From contig CAVSAR010000011.1 in NCBI GenBank assembly GCA_963726085.1, positions 74,298 to 138,297 of the forward strand: a stretch of 64,000 nt of DNA, written 5' to 3'. The position numbers and the translations under genes were made by a program. How positions within the stretch are numbered: position 1 is the first letter of the stretch; every line of letters begins with the position of its first letter. This DNA comes from an uncultured Pseudomonadota bacterium (GTDB taxonomy: Bacteria; Pseudomonadota; Gammaproteobacteria; Steroidobacterales; Steroidobacteraceae). Of this stretch, positions 52,340-62,595 are shown in pieces. The notes beneath the pieces are model-generated. The model was not told where the DNA came from. It ran no database searches and was given only the letters and a program-made list of their open reading frames with translations.

Positions 52340-52669
52340 GCCGGGCGTTGGCTGCCCGCAGTGCAGCACGCAACCTTTACCGCAGCGTGAACTGCCCGAT
52401 TGCCTGGCGTTTGGCGCGCTGCGCCTTGGCCTGTCACTCAGCCCCCCGCCGCCACGCCGGCCGGCAACCTGAGCTTTTCGAGTGACCAGATCGGCGCTCC
52501 TGTCCGACGCCTGATTTGGGTGTCCGAATTGAATTGAAATTCCTGGCATTTTCCGGCGCACCGACGCGACGTCCATGCGCACTGCCCAGCACGTCCTTTG
52601 AATCTTTTTGCCCCCGTCAGCGCCGGTTCAGGTTGTGGGGTGATAATTACGCTGGCAGTGGAGGGTGTT

Positions 52670-53059
52670 ATGAATGCGCGTTGCATGACGCTGGTGGTCG
52701 CGCTTGCGGCAGGGCTGGCAGGGGCCGCGTTGGCAAAGGAAGTAGAGCCGCTTCCCTCCCCGCAGGCAGCCATCCCGTTTGTGGACCACGGATCAATCAA
52801 CGACTGGCAGGCGGATGCGAAACAGGGCCTGTGGATACAGGACGGTCACTACCGCTGGTATTACGCCAAGCTCATCGAGCCGTGCTGGGGGCTCGACTAT
52901 GCCGTGACCATTGCGTTCGACACTCGCCCGGGCGGCCAGTTTGACCGATTCAGTTCGATCATCGTGCCGCATGAGTATCGCTGCCACCTGATGAGCCTCG
53001 TGCGCAGCGACCCGCCCCCAAAGAAAGTGAAGCACGCGCCAGCCAAGGCCAAGTCCTAG
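52670..53059 (+). CDS. Hypothetical secreted protein.
   Basis: Start MNARCMTLVVALAAGLAGAALA is preceded by GGAGGG. Confidence 0.5.
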   Translation: MNARCMTLVVALAAGLAGAALAKEVEPLPSPQAAIPFVDHGSINDWQADAKQGLWIQDGHYRWYYAKLIEPCWGLDYAVTIAFDTRPGGQFDRFSSIIVPHEYRCHLMSLVRSDPPPKKVKHAPAKAKS

Positions 53060-56000
53060 ATCGGCATCCGTTCCGCAGGCAGGCGCAAGCAGAACGCAAA
53101 TCTGGATGTGGCAATCCAGTGCACCATCGCCGGCAATACGACCAGGCATAGCACGGTGGAACTGGCCAGTCCCCCGAGGACGGCGATGGCCAACGGCGCC
53201 TCGATCTCGTTGCCAGCCCTGCCAACACCCAGCGCCAGCGGCACCAGGCCCAGGGCGGTTACCAGCGCCGTCATCAGTACCGGCAGCAGGCGCTCCGCGG
53301 CGCCGCGGCTTATCAGCTCGAGGCTCCAGGCCGAACCCTCCTCTTGATCCAGCAGATGCTCATAGTGGGCCAACAGCAAGATTGCATTGCGGGCGCTGAT
53401 GCCAAACACGGTCACCAGCCCGACCAGTGCACCCAGGGAGAGGGTTTGCCCGGTAATCGCCAGCGCCACGATGCCGCCAATCAGGCTGAACGGCAGATTG
53501 AGCATAACCAGTGCCGCCAGGCCACGGCGTGCAAATGCCGCCGCCAGCAACATGAGGATCAGCGCCAAAGCCAGCAACGAATACAACATCAGGTCGCGCT
53601 GCGCGGCCTTTTGCGCCTGCGCCTCCCCGGCCATTTCCAGCCACACGGCCGGATAGCGCTTGCCCACATCGTCGACGATCGAATGCACGTCCGCCGCGAC
53701 GGGCTGGATGTCGCGCGTTCCGGCATTGAATGTCACGACACCGATGCGCTGCCCCGCCTCGTGGCGGATGGCGGCGCGACCGGATGCAAGGTAGATCTGT
53801 GCGACGTCCCCCAACCTGATGTACTGCCCGTTGGCCGTGCGCAGCGGCAGCTCGCGCACCGAGGCCATGTCGGCCAGTGCGGTATCGGGCAGGCGCGCCA
53901 CCACGTCGATCGAACGGTCGCCCTTGTAAACCTGGTTGACCACGGTACCGGCAAAGGCGGTCTGCAAGACGTCCAGTACATCCCCCGCCCGCAGTCCGTA
54001 CTGTTCCAGGCGCACCGGCAGCAGGTTTACCGACAGCTGTGAGGCCACGCCGGTGTGCCCTCTTTGCACGTCCGCAATGCCCGGGACCGTGCCGATGCGG
54101 CTCGTCAATTCGGAAACCACGCGGTCGATGACATCGAGGTCGGCCCCGCGCACCTGCACGACACCCTGTGCGGTTTCGCCGGACAAAGACTCGCTGATCC
54201 GGTCGCCGAGGAATGTCAAAACGTCTGATTGCACCGCCGGATAGCGCTTGAACACCGCACGCACGGCCTCCTGGGCCATATCCTGGTCCAGGCGCTTGTC
54301 CGGCTTGAGCTCGATATGAAACTCGCTGCGCTCGGAACCCCAGGTGTCCTCGCCTTGCTCCGCGCGACCAATCTGCTGCTCCACGGTGGCAACGAATGGC
54401 AACGCTAGCAAGTCGGCGCTGATGCGTTCGCCAAGCAATGCCATCTCCCGCAGCGACGTGCCCGGAATGCGCGAGCTGATCTGCCCCACGAAGTGTCCCT
54501 CGCGAAAGCTCGGCATGAACTGCCCGGCCAGGAAAGGCAACAGCGCAAGCACCGCGACGATGGCCGCCGCCAGCAGTCCCATGGTCAGTCGCGGCCAGGC
54601 CATGCACTTTGCCAGCGCCCGCTGGTGCACCAGGCGCAGGCGCACGAGCCATTTGGGTTCCTGGCGCGCGCCCTCAGGATGCAGCAATAGCGCCGCCAGT
54701 GCCGGCGTCACGGTCAGAGCGACTACCAGTGACGCCACCACTGACAGGGAAAACGCCAGCGCCAATGGCATCATGAATCGGCCCTGCACCCCGGCCAGCA
54801 GGAATACGGGCAGGAACACCAGCAGGATCACACCGGTGGCAAAGACCACCGCACTGGAGATTTCCGACGAGGCATCGCAGATGACCACCAGGCGCGGCAC
54901 TGGGGCCGGTGACCGTGCATTTTCGCGCAGCCGCCGCATGATGTTCTCCAGATAGATGATTGCATCATCCACCAGCACGCCAAGCGCCACTGCGAAGCCT
55001 CCCAGCGTGAGGGTGTTGAGGGCCAGTCCAAAGCGCTCCAGCACTACCACCGCCGCCAGCAGGGACAGCGGAATCGCCAGAAACGAGATCAGTGCTGAGC
55101 GCCAGTCGCGCAGGAAGGCCAGCAACACGAACACGATGAGTACCGCCCCGATGGCCAGCGCATTGCGCAGGTTGCCAAGGGCGGTCTCGATAAAGGACGC
55201 TGGCCGATGCAGTGCGGGGAACACTTCAATGCCGCGCGCGCGCAGGCGCGGCACCGCCTCGCTCAATACCGCCTCCACGGCTCGGGTGGCCTCCAGCGTA
55301 TTGGCCCCGTATTGCCCGGAAAGCGACAGCAAGACGCCGCGCTGGCCCTGGATCACGGCCTCGCCAAAGGGAGTGGCCGGACCTTCCTGCACGCGCGCAA
55401 CATCGCGGATGCGCAGGATGGACTCGCCGCGGGTGGTGATGACCGTGCTCTCAAGGGCCTGGATGGTCTCGCCGGCCACGGAAGTCGTGATCGCGATGCG
55501 CTGGGCGGGAAAATCGATCTGCCCGGCGCCACGCACGCCCACGGCGCCACGAGCCGCCGCCAGCACGTCGAACACCGACAGGTCGGCAGCTGCCATGCGG
55601 GCGGTGTCCAGCAAGATCTGCAGCTGGCGTTGCTGGCCGCCGTAGACAGTGATGCGTGCAACGCCCGGAACGGCCAGCAGTCGCGGACGCAACTCCCAAT
55701 CGGCGACGTCACGCAACTGCATCGGGGACAGGGTGGTGGAGCGCAAACCGATCTTGAGCAGGTCCATGGTCGAAGATGTCAGGGGTGACATGCGCGGCGC
55801 GGCGACCCCGACTGGCAAATGGCCCGAGAGCTCGGCCAGCCGCTCGGCTACCCCCTGGCGGGTCAGGTAGATGTCCGCCGAATCCTCAAACACGATGTTC
55901 ACCACCGACAGCCCGGAGATAGATTCGGAGCTGATGCGCTGGGTCGCGGGAATGCCGCTGAGCGCGTTCTCCAGCGGCCGAGTGACCAGTGCCTCGATCT

Positions 56001-56181
56001 GCTCTGGCGCCAGTCCCGGAGCTTCGGTCTGCACCGTCACCTGAGGTGGTACGAATTCCGGCAGCACGTCAAGGCGGCCATGCAGGGCAAGGTAGCCCCC
56101 ATACAGCATCAGCACCACTGACAGCGCAGCAACAATGCCGCGGTGCTGAACTGCCAGCGCGATCAGTGAGCGCAGCTTCAT
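53056..56181 (-). CDS. CusA/CzcA family heavy-metal efflux RND transporter.
   Basis: 1041 aa. HME-RND-like N-terminus MKLRSLIALAVQHRGIVAALSVVLMLYGG...VLPEFVPPQVTVQTEAPGLAPEQIEALVTRPLE. Confidence 0.85.
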   Translation of the reverse strand: MKLRSLIALAVQHRGIVAALSVVLMLYGGYLALHGRLDVLPEFVPPQVTVQTEAPGLAPEQIEALVTRPLENALSGIPATQRISSESISGLSVVNIVFEDSADIYLTRQGVAERLAELSGHLPVGVAAPRMSPLTSSTMDLLKIGLRSTTLSPMQLRDVADWELRPRLLAVPGVARITVYGGQQRQLQILLDTARMAAADLSVFDVLAAARGAVGVRGAGQIDFPAQRIAITTSVAGETIQALESTVITTRGESILRIRDVARVQEGPATPFGEAVIQGQRGVLLSLSGQYGANTLEATRAVEAVLSEAVPRLRARGIEVFPALHRPASFIETALGNLRNALAIGAVLIVFVLLAFLRDWRSALISFLAIPLSLLAAVVVLERFGLALNTLTLGGFAVALGVLVDDAIIYLENIMRRLRENARSPAPVPRLVVICDASSEISSAVVFATGVILLVFLPVFLLAGVQGRFMMPLALAFSLSVVASLVVALTVTPALAALLLHPEGARQEPKWLVRLRLVHQRALAKCMAWPRLTMGLLAAAIVAVLALLPFLAGQFMPSFREGHFVGQISSRIPGTSLREMALLGERISADLLALPFVATVEQQIGRAEQGEDTWGSERSEFHIELKPDKRLDQDMAQEAVRAVFKRYPAVQSDVLTFLGDRISESLSGETAQGVVQVRGADLDVIDRVVSELTSRIGTVPGIADVQRGHTGVASQLSVNLLPVRLEQYGLRAGDVLDVLQTAFAGTVVNQVYKGDRSIDVVARLPDTALADMASVRELPLRTANGQYIRLGDVAQIYLASGRAAIRHEAGQRIGVVTFNAGTRDIQPVAADVHSIVDDVGKRYPAVWLEMAGEAQAQKAAQRDLMLYSLLALALILMLLAAAFARRGLAALVMLNLPFSLIGGIVALAITGQTLSLGALVGLVTVFGISARNAILLLAHYEHLLDQEEGSAWSLELISRGAAERLLPVLMTALVTALGLVPLALGVGRAGNEIEAPLAIAVLGGLASSTVLCLVVLPAMVHWIATSRFAFCLRLPAERMPI

Positions 56182-57188
56182 TCCGCGTCCGCGACTGACC
56201 CGGCTCCGCGCTCCAGCGACAGCAGCAGGGGCGCGCCGCGCACGACGACCTGATCACCCTCCTTCACCCCGCTCGCAACCGGATAGCCGCCAGCCACACG
56301 CTCGGTGGAGTCCAGCGGCACACGCTCGTATCGACCGCCGGCGCGCGCCACGTAGCACCAGAACTGTCCGCCGTCGGCAAACGCTGCGGCCGCCGGCACC
56401 AGCGGCCGGGTCGGTCCCGTGGATCGCGTCGCAATGACGGGCAACCTCGAACCCGGTCGCAACCCCAGGTTCTCGTCAGCACTGTCCTTGACGCGAAGCA
56501 GTACGCTGGCGCCGCCCGCGGCAACGGCCGGCGCATGTGAACGCGCAAGATAGACCAGCGGATGCGCCATCGATTCGCCGGCATTGGATCCCAGCAGCGC
56601 GTATTCCAGCTGCTCTGCGGCCGCGGGCAAGGTGTCGGCGAATTCGGCGCGCAACATGGTCACGCGGCCGGATTCAAGGTCACGACGCAGCGCCGAATGC
56701 CCGTTATCTGGATCAATCAACTGTGAACCCCAATCGCTGCGTGCCCGGGCCTCGGCCGTGGCCACGCGCGCGCGCGCCGTGGACCACTGCGCGCTGGCCG
56801 CCTCCACTGCCTGGCGCGAGGCATTGCCGTCATCCGCATACAGCTGCTGCAGGCGGTTGTAGTTATCATGCGCGGAGGCAGCGTCCGCGCGCGCCGCCTC
56901 AATTTCGGCCAAAACAGCCGTGAAGGCCGCGCTGTCGAGGACAGTCGCCGTGCCCTGCGTCGCCGCAGCACTGCGGGAACTGGCAACCGTTGCCAGCTCC
57001 AGGCCCAGTCGCCGCGCCATCTGCGCATCTGCCGTGACCGCCGCAAACTCACTGCCTGCGGCATCCCCCGGCGCTTGTTGCTTGGGCGTCGCTGGCACCT
57101 CTGCTGGCTGCGGCCCTCGATGGCATCCGCTGATTGCGGCGAGCACGCTTGCGACAACGGCCGGGCGCAGCCCGCTGAATTTGTTCAT
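56178..57188 (-). CDS. Efflux RND transporter periplasmic adaptor subunit (CusB/CzcB-like).
   Basis: Lipobox AISGC. There is a start/stop overlap with the permease gene. Confidence 0.7.
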   Translation of the reverse strand: MNKFSGLRPAVVASVLAAISGCHRGPQPAEVPATPKQQAPGDAAGSEFAAVTADAQMARRLGLELATVASSRSAAATQGTATVLDSAAFTAVLAEIEAARADAASAHDNYNRLQQLYADDGNASRQAVEAASAQWSTARARVATAEARARSDWGSQLIDPDNGHSALRRDLESGRVTMLRAEFADTLPAAAEQLEYALLGSNAGESMAHPLVYLARSHAPAVAAGGASVLLRVKDSADENLGLRPGSRLPVIATRSTGPTRPLVPAAAAFADGGQFWCYVARAGGRYERVPLDSTERVAGGYPVASGVKEGDQVVVRGAPLLLSLERGAGSVADAE

Positions 57189-58621
57189 TTTCCGCTTTCC
57201 CCGTTTTCGGCGCCTTGGCCCGTCAGCAGTGATTGGGCCGCATTGCCATCGAACAGTGGCGCCACCAGCGGCACCTGTGTGGCCGCCTCAAAGGCAGCTA
57301 CCGCGTCGCTCTGCACCCGTTGCGCGGCCACGATGTCCGAGCGTGCCACGACCAATGCCAGCCGGCTCAGCACCACTGCAGACTTGTCCAGTTCGCCAGC
57401 TGTCTGTCTGGCGGCATCGCGGTCCAGCAATTCCTGTGTCCGTGACACCGCCTCATTCGCCTGCGCAACCTGTGCCTCGGCGGCGACTAGTTGATCCCGG
57501 GAACGGGCCACCCCTTCGAGCACCGCTAGCTGGAGAATCTCGACTTCTGCCAACGCCCGATTGCGATCGGCGGCTGCATGGGCAATGGCGGCATCGTTCT
57601 GCGAATAGATCGGCAATTCCCCGGCAATGGTAAACGTGATCTTGCGCAGGCCCTGGTCATAGGTATACCCAGGCCCGAGGTTCAAGTCCGGTGTGCGCTT
57701 GGCGATTTCCTTGCGCCACGCGGCATCGGCAACCCGGAACTCCGCCAGTTTTGCGCGCAGGTCCAGGCGTGAGACTACCGCCACGTTGGCGGCATCCGCC
57801 GCGCGCGCGCTGGCCTCCGCGGGCAACGCACTCAGGCACGAATCGCCCAACTTGCGGCGCTCGATCTCCGCCAGCGGCAATCCGGTAATGGCTGCAAGGT
57901 CGTGACGCGACGCCATGGCATCGGCTTCACTCTGGCGCAGCAACTGCGCAGCGTGATCGCTATCCAGCCTGGCACGCGTCGCCTCGTAATTGGACACCAC
58001 ACCTGCGGCCGCCTGCTTGGCCAGTCGTCCCGCCAGATCCTCGCGCAGTGACAACTCGTCCTGTGCCAGCTGGCGCCTTGCAGTCGCCAGTTCGACGTTG
58101 CACAACGCACCACGGACCGAAGCACGCAGTGTCCAGACTGCGTTGGCGGCGTTCAGGAGGCTTGCGTCACTGGATGCAAGCGCCTGTTCAATTGCCAGTG
58201 AACGCTTGCCGGCGGTCTGCACCGGCCAGACCAGCGAGATGGCGGCAACCCAGGGAGAGGCTCCCAGCAGCGTGTTGATTACACGCTCCGGAGACAGGGT
58301 CAGCACGGGATTGGCTCGCTGGCGCGCGACCAGCACTCCGGCGCGCCCCATCTCGATCTGGGCTCGTGCCAGTGCCAGTTGCGGATTGAATGCAAGGGCC
58401 GCCGCGAATGCTTCGGTGATCGACAACGCTGCGGGGGGTTGCTCGCCCAGGCCGCCCAACGACTGCCAGTTGGCCAGCACCAGCGGATCGCCCCAGGTGT
58501 GGTCGGTTTGCACCGCGACCGGCAATTGCAGGTTCGCCGGCGTCGGTACGGCAGTGCAGGCGAACAGCGCTGCCGAGATAGCCGCGCCCACCACCAGGCG
58601 CACCGTTGCGAGGGTCTTCAA
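57185..58621 (-). CDS. TolC/NodT family outer-membrane efflux lipoprotein.
   Basis: The TolC-like repeat body ends at 57185. The annotated ORF extends to 58966, but its first ~115 codons are Arg-rich with no signal peptide. A TTG at 58619-58621 would give MKTLATVRLVVGAAISAALFACT (a lipoprotein-like signal). The start is uncertain. Confidence 0.65.
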   Translation of the reverse strand: MKTLATVRLVVGAAISAALFACTAVPTPANLQLPVAVQTDHTWGDPLVLANWQSLGGLGEQPPAALSITEAFAAALAFNPQLALARAQIEMGRAGVLVARQRANPVLTLSPERVINTLLGASPWVAAISLVWPVQTAGKRSLAIEQALASSDASLLNAANAVWTLRASVRGALCNVELATARRQLAQDELSLREDLAGRLAKQAAAGVVSNYEATRARLDSDHAAQLLRQSEADAMASRHDLAAITGLPLAEIERRKLGDSCLSALPAEASARAADAANVAVVSRLDLRAKLAEFRVADAAWRKEIAKRTPDLNLGPGYTYDQGLRKITFTIAGELPIYSQNDAAIAHAAADRNRALAEVEILQLAVLEGVARSRDQLVAAEAQVAQANEAVSRTQELLDRDAARQTAGELDKSAVVLSRLALVVARSDIVAAQRVQSDAVAAFEAATQVPLVAPLFDGNAAQSLLTGQGAENGESGK

Positions 58622-59056
58622 TGTCGCACCACAGATAAGCCCACACCCCGCAGCAATGGCCGAAACGCGGATCAGTCCCCGACTCCGATATTGAACCGGG
58701 CTCGATACACGTTGCCATGTTCCTCGTTGAGCGTCCCAACTGCAAAGGCGTTGATACCGTCTGGTGAACGGGTATTGGGTCGCGACGGAAACGGTCGGCA
58801 CGCCAGGCTCTGCCCTGAATACTTCAAAGAACATGGTCAACTTTGGCATGACTTGGCTGCCTCCAGGTCCCATACGACGTTCTTGCAATAGCTGTCGCCG
58901 TCGTCGGGTCTGACGAAATTTACACCAAGGTTGCCGTTGAATATCCAGTTTCCGCAGTGCCGGCACACTGATCCGTGGCCGGCCATGGCGGCCGCCTACT
59001 GGGTTCCGATGCGCGGCCTCTTGAGCATCAGGGTAGTGATTTCTTCCTCATTCAGA

Positions 59057-59695
59057 TCAATCCTCCAGCACCGAATCGAACAGCGACTCGGACCACCTGA
59101 GCCACGAGACACGGCAGCGGACCCAGTTGGACGTCTGTTGCACATTGCGCCCGCAAAGGGCGTATCCCAGCATCGATTGGTCCGTGAGTCGGCGCAGGTG
59201 CACCGGCACGCATGCCCGGGTCCACAACTCATCAGTCGCATCGTCGGCGTGCTTGACGATCAGGATGTCGCAATGTTGCTGCCGAGAGTAGGCATCGGCG
59301 CAGCGGACCAGCGCGTTGAGCAAGTCGCGCTGCTGCGCGGCACTTGTACCCACGGCGAGGCCCAGCGGGCAGGCCTCAGCAAGCGGCGATCCCAGCACCA
59401 GCATCCGTGGCTGATAAAGGCGCCTGAGCCATTGCCACGAGTCCTGCTGGCAGTCCTTTTCCAGGACAAACGCCGGCGCCAGCGCGCGCAGCTCCCCTCC
59501 CGCGCGAACCGTGAAACACAGGGATTTGCACGCTCCAACCGGCGTCGCGTGGGTTTGCTGGAACTGCGCCCAATCCTGGCGGGGACCCCAACGCAGCCGG
59601 CTCCACTCGTGCTTGGGCACGTCCGGCGGGGATGTGGCCCTTGCAATCAACGGTAGTACAGCCAGGCCTGGCGGCTGCTGCAGCGGTGAATTCAC
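59057..59695 (-). CDS. Hypothetical protein (possibly acyltransferase-like) at the 3' end of the arn operon.
   Basis: 212 aa. No confident family. It occupies the position where arnT normally follows arnD. Confidence 0.35.
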   Translation of the reverse strand: MNSPLQQPPGLAVLPLIARATSPPDVPKHEWSRLRWGPRQDWAQFQQTHATPVGACKSLCFTVRAGGELRALAPAFVLEKDCQQDSWQWLRRLYQPRMLVLGSPLAEACPLGLAVGTSAAQQRDLLNALVRCADAYSRQQHCDILIVKHADDATDELWTRACVPVHLRRLTDQSMLGYALCGRNVQQTSNWVRCRVSWLRWSESLFDSVLED

Positions 59696-59765
59696 AGGTC
59701 CTCTCTATCGACGACGGGACTTTGCGTTAGACGATGGCGGGGCGGAAACTGGTCGCGACCAGGAC

Positions 59766-60668
59766 TCAAGCAGTCCCAGTATCCTGGTCACCGATGCACG
59801 CCAGCGTTCCCGATCGCCCCGCGACCGTCCCGTCGACAATGTGGCGCCGTGGCAGCTTGCCGACTTCCAGTCCGGCAAACATTTCGCCCATGGTCGCCAG
59901 CGCGTACCCCTGCTCGCGCCAGCCGCGCAGCAGTCGCTTGAATTCCTCCAGCCAGGCGCCTCCCTCCATCTCCGCGTGCAGCGTATACACGTGGCCATGC
60001 ACGGGATCAGCCCGGGTCATCTCCAGCAGCGCGTCCACTGGGGTGGCCTGCAGGTCATCGCGCCCTATCAGCTCATCCAGGGTTGGCAGTGTGGTCGGCA
60101 GCTGCGGCACGCCCCCGTCGGCGGGCAGGAAGGGCCGGTCACCACGCGTGTCAGAAGCGAACTGGAATCCAAGTGCCTGCTCAAGCAAGGGCACGTGCGC
60201 GTTGACCTGCCACCCGGCCGAGCCGTGGATAACCGGCGCCCGCTCAAACACCTGGGTGAAAACTTCGCAGGCCTTGCCCATCTGTTGCTGGGTCCACGCC
60301 TGGCCGGCCTTGGCCACGCGATCCTGCCATTCCACGTGGTCATAGCAATGCACGCCGACCTCGAATCCCCCGCGTTGCACATCCCGCATCTGCTCGCGGG
60401 CGCGCACGCCAATCTGTGGACCTGGCAAAAGCGTGCCGTATAGCAATGTGCGCAATCCGTAGTTGGAAACCACGGACGTCCGGCCGACCTTGCCCAGAAA
60501 ACCCGGCCGGAAAACGCGCCTGATGGCGCGCCCAGTGTGATCCGGACCGAGGCTGAACAGGAATGTTGCCGGGCATCCAAGGCTGGTGAACAGCTGCGCC
60601 AGCCGCGGCACACCATCACGGGTTCCCATCCAGGTGTCCACATCGACCTTCAGCGCCAGCACCCGCAC
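59766..60668 (-). CDS. arnD: 4-deoxy-4-formamido-L-arabinose-phosphoundecaprenol deformylase ArnD.
   Basis: MRVLALKVDVDTWMGTRDGVPRL...FLFSLGPD...HCYDH...HAEMEGG is co-linear with E. coli ArnD. Confidence 0.85.
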   Translation of the reverse strand: MRVLALKVDVDTWMGTRDGVPRLAQLFTSLGCPATFLFSLGPDHTGRAIRRVFRPGFLGKVGRTSVVSNYGLRTLLYGTLLPGPQIGVRAREQMRDVQRGGFEVGVHCYDHVEWQDRVAKAGQAWTQQQMGKACEVFTQVFERAPVIHGSAGWQVNAHVPLLEQALGFQFASDTRGDRPFLPADGGVPQLPTTLPTLDELIGRDDLQATPVDALLEMTRADPVHGHVYTLHAEMEGGAWLEEFKRLLRGWREQGYALATMGEMFAGLEVGKLPRRHIVDGTVAGRSGTLACIGDQDTGTA

Positions 60669-60670
60669 GA

Positions 60671-61606
60671 TTACGACCCAACCGGCAGCGGCTCGGGCTG
60701 CAGCGCCAGTCGACGCGCCACCACAACGAGGTCGATGTTTCCTGATTCATTGCGGGCCTCGAGAATTCGCAGGCGCTGGCCGTCGGTGCAGGTTGCCACT
60801 ACCGAATCGCCTTCCGCGCCCAGCTGCGCGCGCAGCGGCGGGTCCCCTGCCGCGGCCCGGTCCAGGAGCCTGGTGGCGACAATGACCCAGCGCTCACCGA
60901 ACAGTGAAGTGAACGCACCGGGAAATGGCGGCGCCACGGCCCGCACCAGGTTGTGGATTTCACGCCCCGGCCTGGTCCAGTCGATGCGCCCATCTTCCGG
61001 GCGACGGCGGCCACAGTATTCGCCGTCTGCAAGCCGCTGTGGCTTGCGCGGCGCCGTGCCATCGATCAAGCCAGGCAGGGACCTGGCCAACACGATTTCC
61101 GCAGCCACCAGTACCTTGCGAAACACGTCCAGCGCATTGTCTTCCTGCAGGACCGGCACCGCGCACTGGTCCACGATGTCGCCCGCGTCGGCGACTGCGG
61201 TCATGTAGTGCAGGGTGGCACCGGTCTGGGTTGCCCCGCGCAATACCGCCCAATTGACTGGTGCGCGGCCACGAAATCTTGGCAACAACGACCCGTGCAT
61301 GTTCAAGGCACCGCGGCGGGCAAGCCCCAGCAAGGCGGAACCGAGCATGCGGCGGTAGTAGAACGAGAAGATGAAATCCGGCGCCAGGCCCGCGACCCGG
61401 CCGATCAGCGCGTCCGTGGCAGCTTCAGGCGCAACGCAGGGCAATCCATGGTTGCGTGCCGTCGCCGCGACGCTGCCGTACCACAGCTGCTCCGCCGGGT
61501 CATCCTCGTGCGTGACGACCAGGACTACTTCGACTTTCGCGGACAGCAGCACCTTGAGGCACCGGACTCCCACGTCGCCGTACGCGAACACCACCGCAGT
61601 GGTCAT
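60671..61606 (-). CDS. arnA: UDP-4-amino-4-deoxy-L-arabinose formyltransferase (ArnA formyltransferase domain only).
   Basis: Start MTTAVVFAYGDVGVRCL (cat 61604-61606). Formyltransferase motif NMHGSLLPRFRGRAPVNWAV. There is no C-terminal decarboxylase domain. It is ATGA-coupled to arnC. Confidence 0.8.
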   Translation of the reverse strand: MTTAVVFAYGDVGVRCLKVLLSAKVEVVLVVTHEDDPAEQLWYGSVAATARNHGLPCVAPEAATDALIGRVAGLAPDFIFSFYYRRMLGSALLGLARRGALNMHGSLLPRFRGRAPVNWAVLRGATQTGATLHYMTAVADAGDIVDQCAVPVLQEDNALDVFRKVLVAAEIVLARSLPGLIDGTAPRKPQRLADGEYCGRRRPEDGRIDWTRPGREIHNLVRAVAPPFPGAFTSLFGERWVIVATRLLDRAAAGDPPLRAQLGAEGDSVVATCTDGQRLRILEARNESGNIDLVVVARRLALQPEPLPVGS

Positions 61607-62595
61607 CAGGCACTTGCCCGGCGCACCGTGGCCGATTCCATTGCCTGCTTGTCCTGGGTGGGCGGTGCGCCCTCGACGACCTCGGCAACCATGTAGCGTG
61701 GCCGACTGCGCACCTGGTCGAATATCCGGCCGACGTATTCGCCGACAATCCCGAGCCCGAACAGTACGCACCCCAACAGGAAGAACGCGATGCCAAACAG
61801 CGTGAACACGCCATCCACTTCCGGTCCCACGACGATGCGGCGCACGGCAAGGAACGCCACGAATGCCAGGGACAGCAAGGCGATCGTGATGCCGCTGAGC
61901 GAGAAAATCTGCAGCGGCAGCAGCGAGTATCCGGTCATGAGGTCGAAATTCAGGCGAATCAGGCTCAGCAGGGAATACTTGGATTCACCCGCGACGCGTT
62001 CCTCATGGTCGACATCAATCTCGACCGGGTGCCGTGACAGCACGAATGCCAGGGCCGGCACGTAGGGCGTAACTTCATGGCACTGCGCGATGGCATCGAC
62101 CACCCGTCGATCATAGCCACGCAGCATGCACCCCTGATCCGTAATGTGGATGCGCGTCGTGCGCTCGCGAATCCGGTTGAGCCAGCTTGAGGCCCGTTTG
62201 CGCCACCATGAATCGATCCGGTTGCGGCGAATCGTTCCGACATAGTCGGCGCCCTTGTCCAGCGCCTCGAGCACTCGACGAATTTCTTCCGGCGGATTCT
62301 GCAGATCCGCGTCGAGGGTGATGATGGACTTGCCACGGCAATACTCGAAACCGGCCAGTATCGCCAGATGCTGCCCGGCGTTGATTGCCAGCAGCAATGC
62401 ACGCACGGTGTCCGGGTGCTCCCGCGCGGTCGCGCGCAGCAGCTCGGCGGTGCGATCCTTGCTGCCGTCGTCGACGAAGACGACCTCGTACGGCCGGCCA
62501 AGGGCATCCAGCGCCGGATACAGGCGCGCAAACAGCTGCGGCAGGCCATCGGCCTCGTTGTACACGGGAATGACAATGGAGACTTCTGGCGTCAT
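61606..62595 (-). CDS. arnC: Undecaprenyl-phosphate 4-deoxy-4-formamido-L-arabinose transferase ArnC.
   Basis: GT2 motif MTPEVSIVIPVYNEADGL...VFVDDGSKD...LDADLQNPPEE, plus C-terminal TM helices. Confidence 0.85.
   Translation of the reverse strand: MTPEVSIVIPVYNEADGLPQLFARLYPALDALGRPYEVVFVDDGSKDRTAELLRATAREHPDTVRALLLAINAGQHLAILAGFEYCRGKSIITLDADLQNPPEEIRRVLEALDKGADYVGTIRRNRIDSWWRKRASSWLNRIRERTTRIHITDQGCMLRGYDRRVVDAIAQCHEVTPYVPALAFVLSRHPVEIDVDHEERVAGESKYSLLSLIRLNFDLMTGYSLLPLQIFSLSGITIALLSLAFVAFLAVRRIVVGPEVDGVFTLFGIAFFLLGCVLFGLGIVGEYVGRIFDQVRSRPRYMVAEVVEGAPPTQDKQAMESATVRRASA

Noticed and set aside
57185-58966. Treating the full 593 aa ORF as the TolC-family protein.
   Set aside because: The first ~115 codons lack any signal peptide and look non-genuine. 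A downstream TTG start gives a canonical lipoprotein signal, so the shorter gene 57185..58621 is preferred.
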